A stretch of DNA of 28,053 bases from Macrostomum lignano (lineage: Eukaryota), in contig NIVC01001146.1 in assembly GCA_002269645.1 (NCBI GenBank), forward strand, positions 1-28,053, given 5' to 3'. Below the pieces are notes generated by a model that saw only the letters and a list, made by a program, of their open reading frames with translations, was not told the origin of the DNA and searched no databases. The translations under genes were made by a program, and so were the position numbers. Below, one piece after another: positions 1-10,900 of this stretch. Within the stretch, counting starts at the first letter, position 1, and every line of letters starts with the position of its first letter.

Positions 1-421
1 ACAAAGTTTCGTATCGCAGGCTCTTTCCCTGTTCTCATCACCCGACCAACACCTCAAAAAAGTTTGCCTATACAACTGTCTATTGTGGCGGCCACAGACA
101 GAAGCTAGCTAGGACTTGCTATTCTCTATGTATGCATGGCCACTCCAGACTGTTTGCGCATCGCGCTGTTTTGTTTGCGTGCCTATGGCAGATGAAAAAT
201 ATCTGACTTTTTTCTTCTCGCTTGCTCGGTCGTAAAACGAGCCGCTAAATTGGTTAGCCCGACTTTTCTCAAATCGTGAGTTGAGAATGCCAGAGCACAC
301 AGCAACAGCGCTAAACAGTTGATGCAGCTGCCGATGTCACAGAGCACGAACCTGTCATCGCTACTGGCATCAGCACAACAGCCAGCGTTTTAACGATGCG
401 AGCAGCAACACAACTGTCAGC

Positions 422-1670
422 GCAGTAGCGCTCAAGCTGCCTCCATTTTAGGCCTCCCAGCCCCGAGCATGGTTTATCCAAGCCGAGGCTCAGTTTACAC
501 GTAGGGGCGCCACGCAGGACTCGACCAAATGCTACTATCAGCTGGTCGCAGCGCTAGACCACAGTTCGCAGAACGTTTCTTGGATGTTCTTGAGGACCCC
601 CCTACTGAAAACAAGTACGCATGGCAGTTGAAGGCTTGCCTGCTTGGCACTTTCGGTTTATCGAGGCAACGCATGGCGTTGGTCTCCGCGAATTTCAAGG
701 AGCCACGATCGTATTGTACCGGCCACTGGCGTTGGTCGTCGACAAGCCTGGCACTGCTAGTCGACAAGCCCAGCCAGGGGATTGCGTTGGTTCACCAGCC
801 TGTGGTCGCGGCCGCCCGTGAGAGTCGTGTCAACCGTTTCGATAGGGGTGAGCTACCACAGGGGTGAAGCCAGCGGTCTTTGCTTTTTTCTCAAGAAGTT
901 CGGCGCGAAGGCCAGGCGATGCGAAGCCCCGTGTAGGTTTCAGGGAAACGGGGCAGGCCAGCCGTCAGTGAACAGCTCGGCGGCCGGCAGCAGCAGTCTA
1001 CTCCTTGTCCCGGATCTCTGCAGACAGGCCGGCGTTTCCGTGTTGACACCGGTGCCGAAGCCAACATCTTTCCGATCACCGCGGAGCAGCCCAAATGCAG
1101 CGCCAAGGCCCACCGCTCAACGCAGCCAACGGTTGTCAAATCCGAACTTTTGGCACCGGCCCACCAGTTCACTCTGGACCTAGGCATCCGGCGTTGCTCT
1201 TGCCTATTCATTCTGGCTGCGGTTCAGCGACCGTTGATCGGCGCGGGTTTTCTCGGCATCATGGCCTGCTATGGACCTGCCGCATCGGCGTCTGCTCAAT
1301 GCTCGCGTGCACCTGATTGACAGCACGGGCCGGGCCTGTAGCTCACCGCAGCCGCCGCTGCGGACCCGTACAGCCTTGGTCAGCGCAAGAAAGCAGCGCT
1401 ACCTGGCCTATGTGTCCGAATTCAGCACGATTGTCCAACATGTGGCAGGCAAGGACAACGCAGCAGCGGACGCGCTCTCCGTTGCACGGTGGCTTCTGTT
1501 CAGCCCCAGTTGCTCCCTGGCGTTGATTTCATGGAATGGCCAAGGCGCAGCAGGCGGATCCAACAAACCAGACCAGCAGCAGTCTCAGCTAGCGCAGGTG
1601 CGATTTGGTCCCGGGTTGGATTTGTTGTGTGACAACTCCACCGTCCGGCCGTGGCCACTCGGCCGTGGCC
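422..1670 (+). mobile_element. Decayed, internally deleted Ty3/Gypsy LTR-retrotransposon fragment (gag, protease, RNase H C-terminus); no RT or integrase core seen
   Basis: Manual translation across frameshifts. Gag N-terminus AVALKLPPF*ASQPRAWFIQAEAQF from 422 (W to TAG at 449-451), then ERFLDVLEDPPTENKYAWQLKACLLGTFGLSRQ. Gag C-terminal motif LCFFLKKFGAKARRCEAPCRFQGN. Protease RRFRVDTGAEANIFP (DTGA at 1045-1056) and AANGCQIRTFG. RNase H end QRYLAYVSEFSTIVQHVAGKDNAAADALS, then LLCDNSTVRPWPL. Confidence 0.9.
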
Positions 1671-1820
1671 AATTGTCACTTGTAATTTTTCTGACAAATG
1701 ACTTCATGAAATCCACCGCAGGTGGCAATTTTTCTAGCAATGTTTAAAACTGGGTTGTTTCATTAACTCGAAATAGTTTCACGTCGTCAACCTAAAGAGG
1801 AATCTTGTGAAGTTTTAAAG

Positions 1821-2549
1821 CAGGGATCGGCAAACTCGACCGGACGGCAAAGCCTCTCTACGCTCGTATCCGGCGCACGGGTCTTTGAAACTTTACATTG
1901 GCAATCCGGCCCACTCAAGGCTTGTGTCTCTTCTCATCCCTCTTATCTCTAATCTCCTCTCTTTTCTCTCTTCTCTTCGATCTACTCTTCTCTCCTATTC
2001 TATATCTCCTATCTTCATAGATATGGATATTATGATATGGATTTTCGGCATGATATGGATTTTATGGTGGGTGGGGGAACAAAGGGCAGAATTCTACACG
2101 TACATGTACATTGTTTTCAGAATTAGTATTGCCAGCGCTCATTTTGGTGCCGCAGGCACTCATTTTAGCGCCGCATGCACTCATTTTAGCGCCGCATGCA
2201 CTCATTTTAGCGCTCCAGGCACTCATTTTAGCGCTGCAGGCACTCATTTTAGCGCCGCTGGTACTCATTTTAGCGCCTCAGGCACTGTGTTTTGTCGCCC
2301 TGAAGCAAAACTATTGATTTCCACAACGGGTCACAAGGTCGGGTGGATGACAAAGCATTGGCATGTCCCTCCCATAGCTTACTATATAGCAGGTCCCCCA
2401 CGGTGGCGACGCCTCTCTTCTTTATTCTCTCGCCTCTCCTTTCTCCTATCTCTTTTATCTCTTCTCTATTCCCTCTCCTCTCCCCTCCAGCGCAGTCATG
2501 CCCTAGGTTCTCTACCTAACATTGAGGTAAAAAACTTTGCCGACCCCTG
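1821..2549. mobile_element. Non-autonomous hAT-type DNA transposon (MITE-like), 729 bp
   Basis: Left end CAGGGATCGGCAAA (1821) and right end TTTGCCGACCCCTG (ending 2549) form a 14-bp TIR with 1 mismatch. Flanks TTTTAAAG (1813-1820) and T+TTTTAAAG (2550-2558) fit an 8-bp TSD with a one-base poly-T slip. No transposase motifs inside. Confidence 0.85.
2135..2286. repeat. 21-bp minisatellite (GCACTCATTTTAGCGCCGCAG), about 7 copies, inside the hAT element
   Basis: Read directly; explains the THFSAAG / MSACGAK repeat ORFs. Confidence 0.95.
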
Positions 2550-2704
2550 TTTTTAAAGGTTGAATGAAATATTCGAGCTTGTGAAAGCAGATCTTGACAA
2601 ACAGCCAATGAAACTTATAATATTGTCGATAATTTTATGTCGTAGAGGACAACAAAGTATATTCATAAACGAGTAGGATAATGCTCAACAAAATCAAAAT
2701 ATTA

Positions 2705-2710
2705 TTTATT
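2705..2710 (-). terminator. Candidate polyadenylation signal (AATAAA) of the metallothionein-like gene
   Basis: TTTATT on plus strand about 157 nt downstream of the stop at 2867. Confidence 0.55.
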
Positions 2711-2866
2711 GTATTACATTGAATTGATGGCGGCTTAAAGCGTTGCGATATGATGAATATTCACAACAAACAGCGGCATACATAGATAAGACAGACAGTA
2801 ACGATTAATTAGTATTCAATGTACGACACTAAGTCACTGGTTATAACAACAGTCTGCCAACAATTG

Positions 2867-3115
2867 TCACTCCGAGCAATGACAGTTGTTCCTTTTGCAA
2901 CACTCGCCACCGGGTGTGCAGCCTGTGCCGCATTTGCAAGCCTTATCCGACGCAGCAGTAGCAGCAGCGTTCTTGGCTCCACCGCAGCAGCCGCCGACGC
3001 TGGTAGCGGCTTCCGACTTCGCCGAGCATCCGCAGCCGTTCTTTTTGCAGCAATCGCCACCGGGTGTGCAATTGGGGCCGCATTTGCAATTTTGGCTACA
3101 CGATTTGCAGTCCAT
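2867..3115 (-). CDS. Metallothionein-like protein, 82 aa, 18 Cys, intronless
   Basis: MDCKSCSQNCKCGPNCTPGGDCCKKNGCGCSAKSEAATSVGGCCGGAKNAAATAASDKACKCGTGCTPGGECCKRNNCHCSE*. ATG at 3115 in good context (AAGATGG). CxC/CC motifs, Lys/Gly/Ser rich, no aromatic residues. The ORF-track start at 3172 is a non-ATG codon. Confidence 0.85.
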   Translation of the reverse strand: MDCKSCSQNCKCGPNCTPGGDCCKKNGCGCSAKSEAATSVGGCCGGAKNAAATAASDKACKCGTGCTPGGECCKRNNCHCSE

Positions 3116-3519
3116 CTTCAACTTCGGTAGGGAGTCAGCGAGTGAGCGAGAAGATTGTCTGGATTGGATCAAATTTTAAATTTATTTAAATCGATCCGTC
3201 GGAGCTCTAGCTAACAATGATAAATAGAGGTTACAGAAGGGCTGTTTTAAAGATAAGAAGTTGAGGAGGGACCTTCCTTGAAAGAATTAGCATCTCGCGG
3301 AGTGCTAAAAATAAACCCACTCCTCTGCCCTCAAGTGTACATTGGAGCGAGTAAAGAATTGGGGGTGTGAATTAGGGGGGACGGGTGGCAGGCGGCTACG
3401 GCGGGAATAGAGGTCACGTGATTTAGTTCCACGGCCAGTCCACGGGCCATTAGCTGACCAATAACTATAGGCTTGTCGCTTTCTCGTTGTCTCTAACCAT
3501 GGGAGTTCATATGTACAAT

Positions 3520-3526
3520 TGCACAC
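3520..3526 (+). promoter_or_regulatory. Metal-response-element core (TGCACAC, matches TGCRCNC) about 400 bp upstream of the metallothionein ATG
   Basis: Exact match to the MRE core consensus; a single 7-mer can occur by chance. Confidence 0.35.
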
Positions 3527-4136
3527 TCACTACTGGAACGAACTAGATAGACTTCAGGTTGTACATGTCTACGCGCCTACGCGCTTCTAATGCTCTCGCG
3601 CTCTGTACATTGCGCGATTAATTCTCTCAACTTGGGCTTCAGAGCCTCTCTCCGCCCTCGAATCGATCGATTTTGTCTTCCTCTCTTCCTCTCCCGTCCC
3701 CGTTCAAACTACTCTCGAAAGGCGAAGAAACATAAGGATTCTAGACTCTAGAGAATGAGAAGTTAATTAGAATGTAAAGAAGCCTCCGTCTGCAAGTGGC
3801 AGCCCACCCACGTAGCTATTAGTGGCTAGTACCATTTCTGAAATGTAGTTAAAAAATAAAGCTAGCCTTCATTTTTGTGCATCAAGTATTGCATTGAGCA
3901 CTATTAGTCAATTGTTGATTATTAGTATTTTGTTTTGATCATTCCATATCCCATGTACGAGTATATTAGTCGGCGTTTAAAACAAAAGTAAAGTTGATTT
4001 TTATTCGACTGCGCTTCTGGACAAGAGAGACATCAATTTCTTTTGATGAGATCATTAACAAAAAAGGGGCTGTCAATTTAAGCTCAAAAAGTGGAGCCCG
4101 AGTAACCTATGTATGTACACAAATGATACGTCATTC

Positions 4137-4363
4137 TGCTCACAGGGTGTCAGGGACACCAGAAAGCTGGGCTTGGCGAAAAAGTGACAAAAGTTGGACT
4201 TGCGATAACGGAGAACACCAAAGAGGATAATTGGGAATATTATGTCAACTTAAGCTCATATAAAGTAGAGTTCCTAATTATTCACTTGCTTATTCTCTTC
4301 TATACCAAGTCCAACTTATGTCACTTTTTTGCCAAGCTCAGCTTCCTGGTGTCACTGTGAGCA
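4137..4363. repeat. Imperfect inverted repeat (arms 4137-4202 and 4306-4363, spacer about 100 bp), probable MITE/foldback relic
   Basis: Left arm TGCTCACAG..GACACCAGAAAGCTGGGCTTGGCGAAAAAGTGACAAAAGTTGGACTTG matches the reverse complement of the right arm. No TSD found. Confidence 0.8.
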
Positions 4364-4367
4364 CCCT

Positions 4368-4570
4368 CAGATTGGCGAACCTAGCTATCCCCAGATTGGC
4401 GCTATCCCCAGATTGGTGCCCCTAGCTATCCCCAGATTGGCGCCCTAGCTATCCCCAGATTGGCGCCCTAGCTATCCCCAGATTGGCGCCCTAGCTATCC
4501 CCAGATTGGCGCCCTAGCTACCCCCAGATTGGCGCTCTAGCTTACACCCCAGATTGGCGTAGACTGGCGC
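4368..4570. repeat. 23-bp minisatellite (CTAGCTATCCCCAGATTGGCGCC), about 8 copies
   Basis: Read directly. Confidence 0.95.
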
Positions 4571-4920
4571 TCCTAAGCTCGTAGATACCAATCAGATTTT
4601 AACCACCCAGAAACATTATGCACAGCGTACTATTGATAGTAGGCAGCTACCGTTTTATGCTCTTAATAAATAAAGTAAAATATCGATAAAATGCATATGA
4701 TAGCTCGTGTATACCATAGGTCATTGTGCATTTTATTCGTATGGCTGAAAACTGGAATACTTGGTGACGCATTTGTGCGTTTGAAACGATACAAAAATTA
4801 ACAGAAAAAATGCCATGATTTCCTGCGAAGCTACTTACACTCGTCTTATAATTGGCTAATCCAAGTTGAACTACTTGCTACTGGAGTGATTGTACTAGCG
4901 AAACTAAAGAGAAACAGGCT

Positions 4921-7900
4921 CTCTCTTCGATCCCTCTCTCTTCCATCTATCACCCTCTCTCCCCGATCTATCAACCTCTCTCCCTGATCTATCTCCCTCT
5001 CTCCCCGATCTCCCTCTCTCCCCGATCTATCTCCTCTCTCCCGATCTATCTCCCTCTCTCCCCGATCTATCTCCCTCTCTCCCCGATCTATCTCCCTCTC
5101 TCCCCGATCTATCTCCCTCTCTCCCCGATCTATCTCCCTCTCTCCCCGATCTATCTCCCTCTCTCCCCGATCTATCTCCCTCTCTCCCGATCTATCTCCC
5201 TCTCTCCCCGATCTATCTCCCTCTCTCCCCGATCTATCTCCCTCTCTCCGATCTATCTCCCTCTCTCCCCGATCTATCTCCCTCTCTCCCCGATCTATCT
5301 CCCTCTCTCCCCGATCTATCTCCCTCTCTCCCCGATCTATCTCCCTCTCTCGATCTATCTCCCTCTCTCCCCGATCTATCTCCCTCTCTCCCCGATCTAT
5401 CTCCCTCTCTCCCCGATCTATCTCCCCTCTCCCGATCTATCTCCCTCTCCTTCGATCTATCTCCCTCTCTCTTCGATCTATCTCCCCTCTCCCCGATCTA
5501 TCTCCCTCTCTCCCCGATCTATCTCCCTCTCTCCCCGATCTATCTCCCTCTCTCCCCGATCTATCTCCCTCTCTCCCCGATCTATCTCCCCTCTCCCCGA
5601 TCTATCTCCCTCTCTCCCCGATCTATCTCCCTCTCTCCCCGATCTATCTCCCCTCTCCCCGATCTATCTCCCTCTCCCGATCTATCTCCCCCTCTCCCCG
5701 ATCTATCTCCCCCTCTCCCCGATCTATCTCCCTCTCTCCCCGATCTATCTCCCTCTCTCCCCGATCTATCTCCCTCTCTCTTCGATCTATCTCCCTCTCT
5801 CCCCGATCTATCTCCCTCTCCCCGATCTATCTCCCTCTCTCCCGATCTATCTCCCTCTCTCCCGATCTATCTCCCTCTCTCCCCGATCTATCTCCCTCTC
5901 TCCCAATCTATCTCCCTCTCTCCCCGATCTATCTCCCTCTCTCCCCGATCTATCTCCCTCTCCCCCGATCTATCTCCCTCTCTCCCCGATCTATCTCCCT
6001 CTCTCCCCGATCTATCTCCCTCTCTCCCCGATCTATCTCCCTCTCTCCCCGATCTATCTCCCTCTCTCCCCGATCTATCTCCCTCTCTCCCCGATCTATC
6101 TCCCTCTCTCCCCGATCTATCTCCCTCTCTCCCCGATCTATCTCCCTCTCTCCCCGATCTATCTCCCTCTCTCCCCGATCTATCTCCCTCTCTCCCCGAT
6201 CTATCTCCCTCTCTCCCCGATCTATCTCCCTCTCTCCCCGATCTATCTCCCTCTCTCCCATCTATCTCCCTCTCTCCCCGATCTATCTCCCTCTCTCCCC
6301 GATCTATCTCCCTCTCTCCCCGATCTATCTCCCTCTCTCCCCCGATCTATCTCCCTCTCTCCCCGATCTATCTCCCTCTCTCCCCGATCTATCTCCCTCT
6401 CTCCCCGATCTATCTCCCTCTCTCCCCGATCTATCTCCCTCTCCCCCGATCTATCTCCCTCTCTCCCCGATCTATCTCCCTCTCTCCCCGATCTATCTCC
6501 CTCTCTCCCCGATCTATCTCCCTCTCTCCCCGATCTATCTCCCTCTCTCCCCGATCTATCTCCCTCTCTCCCCGATCTATCTCCCTCTCTCCCCGATCTA
6601 TCTCCCTCTCTCCCCGATCTATCTCCCTCTCTCCCCGATCTATCTCCCTCTCTCCCCGATCTATCTCCCTCTCCCCGATCTATCTCCCTCTCCCCCGATC
6701 TATCTCCCTCTCTCCCCGATCTATCTCCCTCTCTCCCCGATCTATCTCCCTCTCTCCCCGATCTATCTCCCTCTCTCCCCGATCTATCTCCCTCTCTCTT
6801 CGATCTATCTCCCTCTCTCCGATCTATCTCCCTCTCTCCCCGATCTATCTCCCTCTCTCCCCGATCTATCTCCCTCTCTCCGATCTATCTCCCTCTCTCC
6901 CGATCTATCTCCCTCTCTCCCCGATCTATCTCCCTCTCTCCCCGATCTATCTCCCTCTCTCCCCGATCTATCTCCCTCTCCCCGATCTATCTCCCTCTCT
7001 CCCAATCTATCTCCCTCTCTCCCCGATCTATCTCCCTCTCTCCCCGATCTATCTCCCTCTCCCCCGATCTATCTCCCTCTCTCCCCGATCTATCTCCCTC
7101 TCTCCCCGATCTATCTCCTCTCTCCCCGATCTATCTCCCTCTCTCCCCGATCTATCTCCCTCTCTCCCCGATCTATCTCCCTCTCTCCCCGATCTATCTA
7201 TCTCCCTCCTCTCCCCGATCTATCTCCCTCTCTCCCCGATCTATCTCTCTCTCCCCGATCTATCTCCCTCTCTCCCCGATCTATCTCCCCTCTCCCGATC
7301 TATCTCCCTCTCTCCGATCTATCTCCCTCTCCCCCGATCTATCTCCCTCTCTCCCCGATTTATCTCCCTCTCTCTTCGATCTATCTCCCTCTCTCCCCGA
7401 TCTATCTCCCTCTCTCCCCGATCTATCTCCCTCTCCCCCGATCTATCTCCCTCTCTCCCCAATCTATCTCCCTCTCTCCCCGATCTATCTCCCTCTCTCC
7501 GATCTATCTCCCTCTCCCCGATCTATCTCCCTCTCCCCGATTTATCTCCCTCTCTCTTCGATCTATCTCCCTCTCTCCCCGATCTATCTCCCTCTCTCCC
7601 CGATCTATCTCCCTCTCTCTCGATCTATCTCCCTCTCTCCCCAATCTATCTCCCTCTCTCCCCGATCTATCTCCCTCTCTCCCCGATCTATCTCCCTCTC
7701 TCCCCGATCTATCTCCCTCTCCCCCGATCTATCTCCCTCTCTCCCCAATCTATCTCCCTCTCTCCCCAATCTATCTCCCTCTCTCCCCGATCTATCTCCC
7801 TCTCTCCCCGATCTATCTCCCTCTCCCCCGATCTATCTCCCTCTCTCCCCGATCTATCTCCCTCTCTCCCCGATCTATCTCCCTCTCTCCCCGATCTATC

Positions 7901-10900
7901 TCCCTCTCTCCCCGATCTATCTCCCTCTCTCCCCGATCTATCTCCCTCTCTCCCCGATCTATCTCCCTCTCTCCCCAATCTATCTCCCTCTCTCCCCGAT
8001 CTATCTCCCTCTCTCCCCGATCTATCTCCCTCTCTCCCCGATCTATCTCCCTCTCTCCCCGATCTATCTCCCTCTCTCCCCGATCTATCTCCCTCTCTCC
8101 CCCATCTATCTCCCTCTCTCCCCGATCTATCTCCCTCTCTCCCCGATCTATCTCCCTCTCTCCCCGATCTATCTCCCTCTCTCCCCCATCTATCTCCTCT
8201 CTCTCGATCTATCTCCCTCTCTCCCCGATCTATCTCCCTCTCTCCCCGATCTATCTCCCTCTCTCCCCGATCTATCTCCCTCTCTCCCCAATCTATCTCC
8301 CTCTCTCCCCGATCTATCTCCCTCTCTCCCCGATCTATCTCCCTCTCCCCCGATCTATCTCCCTCTCTCCCCGATCTATCTCCCTCTCTCTTCGATCTAT
8401 CTCCCTCTCTCCCCGATCTATCTCCCTCTCTCCCCGATCTATCTCCCTCTCTCTTCGATCTATCTCCCTCTCTCCCCAATCTATCTCCCTCTCTCCCGAT
8501 CTATCTCCCTCTCTCCCCGATCTATCTCCCTCTCTCCCCGATCTATCTCCCTCTCTCCCGATCTATCTCCCTCTCTCCCCGATCTATCTCCCTCTCTCTT
8601 CGATCTATCTCCCCCTCTCCCCGATCTATCTCCCTCTCTCCCCGATCTATCTCTCTCTCTCCCCGATCTATCTCCCTCTCTCCCCGATCTATCTCCCCCT
8701 CTCCCCGATCTATCTCCCTCTCTCCCCGATCTATCTCCCTCTCCCCGATCTATCTCCCTCTCTCCCCGATCTATCTCCCTCTCTCTTCGATCTATCTCCC
8801 TCTCTCCCCGATCTATCTCCCTCTCTCCCCGATCTATCTCCTCTCTCTTCGATCTATCTCCCTCTCTCCCCAATCTATCTCCCTCTCTCCCCGATCTATC
8901 TCCCTCTCTCCCAATCTATCTCCCTCTCTCCCCGATCTATCTCCCTCTCTCCCCGATCTATCTCCCTCTCTCCCCGATCTATCTCCCTCTCTCCCCGATT
9001 TATCTCCCTCTCTCTTCGATCTATCTCCCTCTCTCCCCGATCTATCTCCCTCTCTCCCCGATCTATCTCCCTCTCTCTTCGATCTATCTCCCTCTCTCCC
9101 CAATCTATCTCCCTCTCTCCCCGATCTATCTCCCTCTCTCCCCGATCTATCTCCCTCTCCCCCGATCTATCTCCCTCTCTCCCCGATCTATCTCCCTCTC
9201 TCCCGATCTATCTCCCTCTCTCTTCGATCTATCTCCCCTCTCCCCGATCTATCTCCCTCTCTCCCCGATCTATCTCTCTCTCCCCGATCTATCTCCCTCT
9301 CTCCCCGATCTATCTCCCCTCTCCCCGATCTATCTCCCTCTCTCCCCGATCTATCTCCCTCTCCCCGATCTATCTCCCTCTCTCCCCGATCTATCTCCCT
9401 CTCTCCCGATCTATCTCCCTCTCTCCCCGATCTATCTCCCTCTCTCCCCGATCTATCTCCCTCTCCCCCGATCTATCTCCCTCTCTCCCCAATCTATCTC
9501 CCTCTCTCCCGATCTATCTCCCTCTCTCCCCGATCTATCTCCCTCTCCCCGATCTATCTCCCTCTCTCCCGATCTATCTCCCTCTCTCCCCGATCTATCT
9601 CCCTCTCTCTTCGATCTATCCCTCTCCCCGATCTATCTCCCTCTCTCCCCGATCTATCTCCCCCTCTCCCCGATCTATCTCCCCCTCTCCCCGATCTATC
9701 TCCCTCTCTCCCTGATCTATCTCCCTCTCTCCCCGATCTATCTCCCTCTCTCCCCGATCTATCTCCCTCTCCCCCGATCTATCTCCCTCTCTCCCCAATC
9801 TATCTCCCTCTCTCCCCAATCTATCTCCCTCTCTCCCGATCTATCTCCCTCTCTCCCCGATCTATCTCCCTCTCTCCCCGATCTATCTCCCTCTCTCCCC
9901 GATCTATCTCCCTCTCTCCCCGATCTATCTCCCTCTCTCGCCGATCTATCTCCCTCTCTCCCCGATCTATCTCCCTCTCTCCCCGATCTATCTCCCTCTC
10001 TCCCCGATCTATCTCCCTCTCTCCCCAATCTATCTCCCTCTCCCCCGATCTATCTCCCTCTCTCCCCGATTTATCTCCCTCTCTCTTCGATCTATCTCCC
10101 TCTCTCCCCGATCTATCTCCCTCTCTCCACGATCTATCTCCCTCTCTCTTCGATCTATCTCCCTCTCTCCCAATCTATCTCCTCTCTCCCCGATCTATCT
10201 CCCTCTCTCCCCGATCTATCTCCCTCTCTCCCCGATCTATCTCCCTCTCTCCCCGATCTATCTCCCTCTCTCCCCGATCTATCTCCCTCTCTCTTCGATC
10301 TATCTCCCCCTCTCCCCGATCTATCTCCCTCTCTCCCCGATCTATCTCTCTCTCCCCGATCTATCTCCCTCTCTCCCCGATCTATCTCCCCCTCTCCCCG
10401 ATCTATCTCCCTCTCTCCCCGATCTATCTCCCTCTCCCCCGATCTATCTCCCTCTCTCCCCGATCTATCTCCCTCTCTCTTCGATCTATCTCCCTCTCTC
10501 CCCGATCTATCTCCCTCTCTCCCCGATCTATCTCCCTCTCTCTTCGATCTATCTCCCTCTCTCCCCAATCTATCTCCCTCTCTCCCGATCTATCTCCCTC
10601 TCTCCCCAATCTATCTCCCTCTCTCCCCGATCTATCTCCCTCTCTCCCCGATCTATCTCCCTCTCCCCCGATCTACCTCCCTCTCTCCCCGATTTATCTC
10701 CCTCTCTCTTCGATCTATCTCCCTCTCTCCCCGATCTATCTCCCTCTCTCCCCGATCTATCTCCCTCTCTCCCCGATCTATCTCCCTCTCTCCCCAATCT
10801 ATCTCCCTCTCTCCCCGATCTATCTCCCTCTCTCCCCGATCTATCTCCCTCTCCCCCGATCTATCTCCCTCTCTCCCCGATCTATCTCCCTCTCTCCCCC

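Noticed and set aside
1885-2556. 223-aa ORF
   Set aside because: Non-ATG start, lies within the hAT element, and is made of CT low-complexity and 21-bp repeat translation; no transposase motifs.
3116-3172. N-terminal extension MIQSRQSSRSLADSLPKLK of the MT ORF
   Set aside because: Starts at a non-ATG codon; likely 5' UTR.
2819-3179. Plus-strand ORFs of 103 and 97 aa
   Set aside because: Antisense shadows of the metallothionein CDS.
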